The notes beneath the pieces are model-generated. The model worked only from the letters and a program-made list of their open reading frames with translations. It ran no database searches and was not told the DNA's origin. Shown one piece after another: positions 59,778 through 64,000 of a DNA stretch of 64,000 nucleotides; the stretch's first letter is position 1, and each line of letters starts with the position of its first letter. Where the stretch lies: sequence record SRR20825006_505, one strand, 5' to 3'. Both the position numbers and the translations under genes were made by a program.

Positions 59778-60131
59778 ATGTCATTCACTCAGAAGTATGA
59801 AAACGCCCTGCGCGAAATTCAAGATTGCGGCCTGATGTCGATTGTGCAGCTGCGTTGGCTGGACAATTCATTCCATCGGTTTGGCTTGCCGATCCGCCCA
59901 TTACATTATCGCCCCATTTTGCAATTGTTTGTGCAGCAGACTTTGCTGTTTGGCATTTTGGTTAGCATGGCAAACTGCATCTGGCTCAAGAACATTTTTG
60001 GCTTCTCATTACCCCTGCCCTTTTTGCCCCTGATGTTCGTGACTTACGGCCTGTTGTTTGCGACATTTTTCTGCGCACAGGCAGAGAATGAGCGCGACGC
60101 CTGCACCTTGTCTCGGTGGGAAGATTTGTAG
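59778..60131 (+). CDS. Small membrane protein, DUF6404-like (copy 1)
   Basis: MSF..KY..A..E, G..IRPLHY, two TM helices, L..W.DL C-terminus. Confidence 0.7.
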   Translation: MSFTQKYENALREIQDCGLMSIVQLRWLDNSFHRFGLPIRPLHYRPILQLFVQQTLLFGILVSMANCIWLKNIFGFSLPLPFLPLMFVTYGLLFATFFCAQAENERDACTLSRWEDL

Positions 60132-60138
60132 CAGTTCG

Positions 60139-60486
60139 ATGAGCTTTGATGAGAAATATCAAAAGGCGACTGAAGAGCTCCGTGCCTCAAAGATCTGGGG
60201 TGCTAATCACGACCAACCACTCAATAAGATTTATCGGATGATGGGCTTAAAGGTCCGCCCGCCGCACTACGCCACTTTTGGCCAAGTGTTTCTGGCCCAT
60301 GGTGTTTTTTTCCTGATTATGTGGGTTGTGCTGTGGCTCTTTAACCCGTTCAGTTGGCCGGGCATGACGCTGCCTTTGATGATCGGCACCGGCCTGCTGG
60401 GTGGATTGATCTATTCAGCGATTATGGCGGCTTACTATCACTGGGATCGCAAGCGCCATAACCTTACCCTTTGGGATGAGCTTTAG
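60139..60486 (+). CDS. Small membrane protein, DUF6404-like (copy 2)
   Basis: [26 protein letters not shown]...RKR..L..W.EL. Confidence 0.75.
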   Translation: MSFDEKYQKATEELRASKIWGANHDQPLNKIYRMMGLKVRPPHYATFGQVFLAHGVFFLIMWVVLWLFNPFSWPGMTLPLMIGTGLLGGLIYSAIMAAYYHWDRKRHNLTLWDEL

Positions 60487-61517
60487 TCCTGATCCATCGG
60501 CCAAGTGTCGCTGAGGCGGTAGCCTTCTGGCCAGGGGTCGGATGGGTCCAGCATGTGCTGGTGCGTGCCCGTGATCCAGGCGCGGCCATTGATGCGGGGC
60601 AGGATGGCGTTGCGGTCGCCGCATTTGACTTGTTCGGCAATATCGCAGTTGAACTTTGAGCCTGTGATCGAGGTGGCAATATATTTATCGCCAGCTTCCA
60701 TCTCTCCTTTGGCCAGCATCAGCGCCATGCGCGCGGAGCAGCCTGTACCCGTTGGGGAGCGGTCAATTTTGCCCGGACGGATGGCCACGGCATTGGCACC
60801 GGAAAGGGTGTTTCGTTTGCGGGTGGTTTTACCCATAAATTGGCAGAAGGAAATATGATCCCAATCCGGGTTTTCTGGGTGGGTGAAGCCAAGCTGTGCA
60901 TTGGCAGCAGCGGTGATTTTGGTGCCGAGGTCTGCCAGTTTTTTGGCATTTTCTGGTTCAATCTCAACGCCTAGTGCGTCCGCATCCACCATCACAAAGC
61001 TGTCGCCACCATAGGCGGTGTCGACGATGATTTCGCCCAATCCCTCGACTTGAAGCGGCACCTGCAGTTGGTCGACGAAGCTTTTCACATTGGTGACAGT
61101 GATGCTTTCGGCTTTGCCATTTTTGCATTGCGCCACCACTTTAATCAGGCCGCCCGGTGCTTCCAACGTTAGATTCGTTTCAGGCTCTGTCATGGGCAAG
61201 ATGCCGCTGTCGAGCAGCACGGTGGACACGCAGATTGAGTTGGAGCCGGACATGGGGGGCGTGTCAGCGGGTTCCATGATGATGAAGCCCATTTGCGCCT
61301 CAGGATGCTTTGGCGGCACCAGCAGGTTCACATGGCGGAACACGCCGCCGCGCGGCTCGTTCAGCACGAAATTGCGCAATGTTTCATCCTGCTCGATAAA
61401 TTTGCGCTGTTCCCAAAGGGTTTCGCCCGGCGGTGGCGCAACGCCACCGACAATCACATCGCCCACTTCCCCTTCTGCATGGCAGGACACCACATGAATG
61501 GTTTTGCTCGACCGCAT
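60483..61517 (-). CDS. Proline racemase superfamily, Ser/Thr type: probable trans-3-hydroxy-L-proline dehydratase
   Basis: PMSGSN and DRSPTGTG instead of the Cys/Cys pair. Confidence 0.8.
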   Translation of the reverse strand: MRSSKTIHVVSCHAEGEVGDVIVGGVAPPPGETLWEQRKFIEQDETLRNFVLNEPRGGVFRHVNLLVPPKHPEAQMGFIIMEPADTPPMSGSNSICVSTVLLDSGILPMTEPETNLTLEAPGGLIKVVAQCKNGKAESITVTNVKSFVDQLQVPLQVEGLGEIIVDTAYGGDSFVMVDADALGVEIEPENAKKLADLGTKITAAANAQLGFTHPENPDWDHISFCQFMGKTTRKRNTLSGANAVAIRPGKIDRSPTGTGCSARMALMLAKGEMEAGDKYIATSITGSKFNCDIAEQVKCGDRNAILPRINGRAWITGTHQHMLDPSDPWPEGYRLSDTWPMDQD

Positions 61518-61518
61518 A

Positions 61519-62625
61519 TTAGCCTCTCAATTCAAATTCGGGTTCACCCAAAACGTCAAAATCTGGCTCTACGCCCAAGCCCGGCGCATCCGCTGGTGAC
61601 ATAAAGCCATCCACGCGCTTGGGGGCGCCTGCGGCGAAATCGACGGTGCCGTAGGAGTTAAAGTCAGTAGCGGAGAAGGAGAATGCTTCCGGTGTGGACG
61701 CGGCCAGATGGGCGATGGTGGCGGTGACGATGTCGCCGCCCCATGTGTCCTCAATGGTCATCGCCACGCCCGCGCTCACGCAAATATCTCGCATCAAACG
61801 CGCTTTGGTGAGGCCGCCAACTTTTGAGATTTTCAGATTGATCGCGTCCATCGCATCGTCGGCCAAGCCTTTGCGCAACATGGCTTCGTCAAAGATGTTT
61901 TCGTCCATAATGAAAGGCCGCGCGGTGCGGCGGCGGATAGACAAGCATTCCTCATAAGTCATGCAGGGCTGTTCGATATAAACATCCAGATGGGCCACCG
62001 CGGCAGCGACGCGCGCGGCTTCGTGACGGTTCCAGCCAGTATTGGCATCAGCCACCAGCACCTCGCCACGATCCAACACCTCACGGGTTGCGTGGATGCG
62101 GGCAATGTCATCATTGGCATCGCCGCCGACTTTGAGCTGGAACTTGGTGTAGCCTTCATTGCGGTAGCCATCGATTTTCTTGGCCATCACCTCCGGGTCT
62201 TCCTGCGAGATGGCGCGGTATAGCGCCACCTTTTCTTGCTGTTTGCCGCCCAACAGGGTGTAAACAGGCAGGTTTGTGGCTTTGCCCAAAATGTCCCAAC
62301 AGGCAATATCGATTGGGGCTTTGGCATAGAGGTGACCTCGCAAGCCCGCGTCCATGGCGTTGTTGATGATGTTCAAATCGCGTGGATCAAGGCCGATCGC
62401 GTGGGGTGCCAGCTCTTTCAAGCCTTCGCGCACGCCTTTGGCATAGCTAGGCAAATAGGCGGAGCCGAGCGGGCAACACTCGGCATAGCCAGTGATGCCT
62501 GCATCGGTTTCCACCGCCAGAACGGTTGAATCAAACACTTCAACAAAGTTGCCGTTTGACCAGTTGTAACGGCCTTCTCTTAGCGGCAAATCAATTTGAT
62601 AGACGCGCAGTGCTGTGATTTTCAT
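61519..62625 (-). CDS. Enolase-superfamily enzyme, probable cis-3-hydroxy-L-proline dehydratase
   Basis: FQLKVG, DAN, IEQP, MDE, NLKISK, IEDTWG; sits between two proline-racemase-family genes as in characterised hydroxyproline clusters. Confidence 0.8.
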   Translation of the reverse strand: MKITALRVYQIDLPLREGRYNWSNGNFVEVFDSTVLAVETDAGITGYAECCPLGSAYLPSYAKGVREGLKELAPHAIGLDPRDLNIINNAMDAGLRGHLYAKAPIDIACWDILGKATNLPVYTLLGGKQQEKVALYRAISQEDPEVMAKKIDGYRNEGYTKFQLKVGGDANDDIARIHATREVLDRGEVLVADANTGWNRHEAARVAAAVAHLDVYIEQPCMTYEECLSIRRRTARPFIMDENIFDEAMLRKGLADDAMDAINLKISKVGGLTKARLMRDICVSAGVAMTIEDTWGGDIVTATIAHLAASTPEAFSFSATDFNSYGTVDFAAGAPKRVDGFMSPADAPGLGVEPDFDVLGEPEFELRG

Positions 62626-62648
62626 AATGTTCCTCCCTCACCTTCTGC

Positions 62649-63650
62649 CTATGGCAAAATGAAGCCATGTTTGAATGGGTCACGATCATCGACAAAGATC
62701 GTGTTGTATCCGGTTTTGCGGGCCCAGCCGCCAATTGATGGGATGATCGCATCGCGGTCGCCCACCTTGGTGGCCGCCTCCACCCGGCCGCGGAACAGCG
62801 AACCGATAATGCTTTCATGCACAAAATCTTCGCCAACGGCCAAATCGCCAAGCGCAACCCAATGGGCCATGCGGGCCGATGTGCCAGTGCCGCAGGGTGA
62901 ACGGTCGATGGCTTTATCGCCATAGAACACCGCATTGCGGGCAGTGGCTTCTGGATCACGGGCGGCACCTGTCCAGAGGATGTGGCTTAGGCCGTTAATC
63001 TCAGGATGCTCGGGGTGCACAAACTCGTATTTTTCATTGAGCGCGGCGCGCAATTGCGGTGACCAGCGGATCAAATCGAGGGATGACAGGCCTTCAATAT
63101 CCTTGAAATTTTCTTGTGCCTCGACGATGGCGTAAAAATTGCCGCCATAGGACACATCGACGGTGATTTCGCCCAAATCCGGTACAGTGGCGGTGAGGCC
63201 TTTGGCATAGAGGAAGCTCGGCACATTGGTGATGCGCACTTCTTCCACATAGCCGTCCTTCATTGTGTATTCGGCCTTGATGCGCCCGGCTGGCGCATCG
63301 AGATAGAGCACGCCCGGTTCTTTTGGCGTGACCAGCCCTTCTTCCAACGCCATGGTGACCGTGCCAATGGTGCCGTGGCCACACATGGGCAAGCAGCCGG
63401 ATGTCTCGATAAACAGAATGGCGATATCGCAATCGTCGCGGGTGGGCGGATAGAGGATCGCGCCGGACATCACGTCATGCCCGCGCGGTTCAAACATCAG
63501 GCTGAGGCGCACCCAATCATATTCGGCCAGAAAATGGGCGCGCTTTTCGATCATGTTCGCGCCTTTCAGGTCTGGCCCACCGCCCGCGACAAGGCGCACG
63601 GGGTTGCCGCAAGTATGTCCATCAATGCAGAAAAAGCTGTGTTTCGCCAT
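62649..63650 (-). CDS. 4-hydroxyproline 2-epimerase
   Basis: DGHTCGNP, EPRGH, PMCGHG and DRSPCGTG (Cys/Cys pair). Confidence 0.9.
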   Translation of the reverse strand: MAKHSFFCIDGHTCGNPVRLVAGGGPDLKGANMIEKRAHFLAEYDWVRLSLMFEPRGHDVMSGAILYPPTRDDCDIAILFIETSGCLPMCGHGTIGTVTMALEEGLVTPKEPGVLYLDAPAGRIKAEYTMKDGYVEEVRITNVPSFLYAKGLTATVPDLGEITVDVSYGGNFYAIVEAQENFKDIEGLSSLDLIRWSPQLRAALNEKYEFVHPEHPEINGLSHILWTGAARDPEATARNAVFYGDKAIDRSPCGTGTSARMAHWVALGDLAVGEDFVHESIIGSLFRGRVEAATKVGDRDAIIPSIGGWARKTGYNTIFVDDRDPFKHGFILP

Positions 63651-63659
63651 GGGAAATTC

Positions 63660-64000
63660 CTAAAAACGAGATGGATTAAAGGGAGTTAAATCAAGTGACG
63701 GGGTTTGACCGTCAATCAGTTCGGCCATCAGTTTGCCCGTGGCAAAACACTGGGTGAGCCCCAGATGGCCGTGGCCGAAGGCATAGCTGATATTTGGTGT
63801 GTGGGCGCTTTTGCCGATGGCAGGCAACGTATCTGGGAAGGAAGGTCGAAAACCCATCCATTGGGTGCCCTGCTCGGTTTTTAAATCAGGCATAAAGCGC
63901 TTGGCTTTTTGCAGCATGATCTCTGAGCGTTTGAAATTTGGCGCGGCGTCCAGCCCGGCAAATTCAACTGCGCCGCCGACACGGATACCAGTGGAAAGCG
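63660..64000 (-). CDS. FAD-dependent D-amino acid oxidase / D-hydroxyproline dehydrogenase, C-terminal part (runs off the window)
   Basis: Frame open to the edge: RVGGAVEFAG, WMGFRPSFPDTLPAIG, AFGHGHLGLT. Confidence 0.85.
   Translation of the reverse strand, partial: LSTGIRVGGAVEFAGLDAAPNFKRSEIMLQKAKRFMPDLKTEQGTQWMGFRPSFPDTLPAIGKSAHTPNISYAFGHGHLGLTQCFATGKLMAELIDGQTPSLDLTPFNPSRF

Overview
This 64 kb window looks like core chromosome from an alphaproteobacterium. Gene content (RirA-like Rrf2, PleC/DivJ-type kinase beside cobT/cobS, cysS-cimA, CtrA-type and EcfG-type motifs) points to Hyphomicrobiales, possibly a marine Devosiaceae member; this is inference only. About 57 genes are supported. 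Most are housekeeping or envelope genes (rlmE, nadC, cysQ, cysS, cimA, gltX, nadE, class II DAHP synthase, gor, rpiA, moaA, cobT/cobS, dusA, rimK, an RND system, an Atm1-type exporter, MscS), plus a hydroxyproline catabolic cluster cut by the right edge. I found no rRNA, tRNA, CRISPR array, integrase or transposase. Most interesting observations: (1) a 17-codon, apparently leaderless Ile/Cys-rich uORF (MKQNRNQICIIGCIIIR), absent from the ORF track, directly upstream of cysS-GFA-cimA, which looks like a dual Cys/Ile-sensing attenuator; (2) an RpfF-type diffusible-signal-factor synthase with a perfect CtrA box, convergent with a membrane-anchored PAS-GGDEF-EAL protein rather than RpfC or RpfR; (3) a stand-alone JmjC-like oxygenase + GNAT + flippase operon; (4) an ArsR repressor with a perfect operator, translationally coupled to atm1; (5) tandem palindromic operators on a VOC gene next to a fumarylacetoacetate-hydrolase-family gene; (6) EcfG-type promoters on two small unknown proteins. 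All calls come from reading motifs by eye; no database searches were run.
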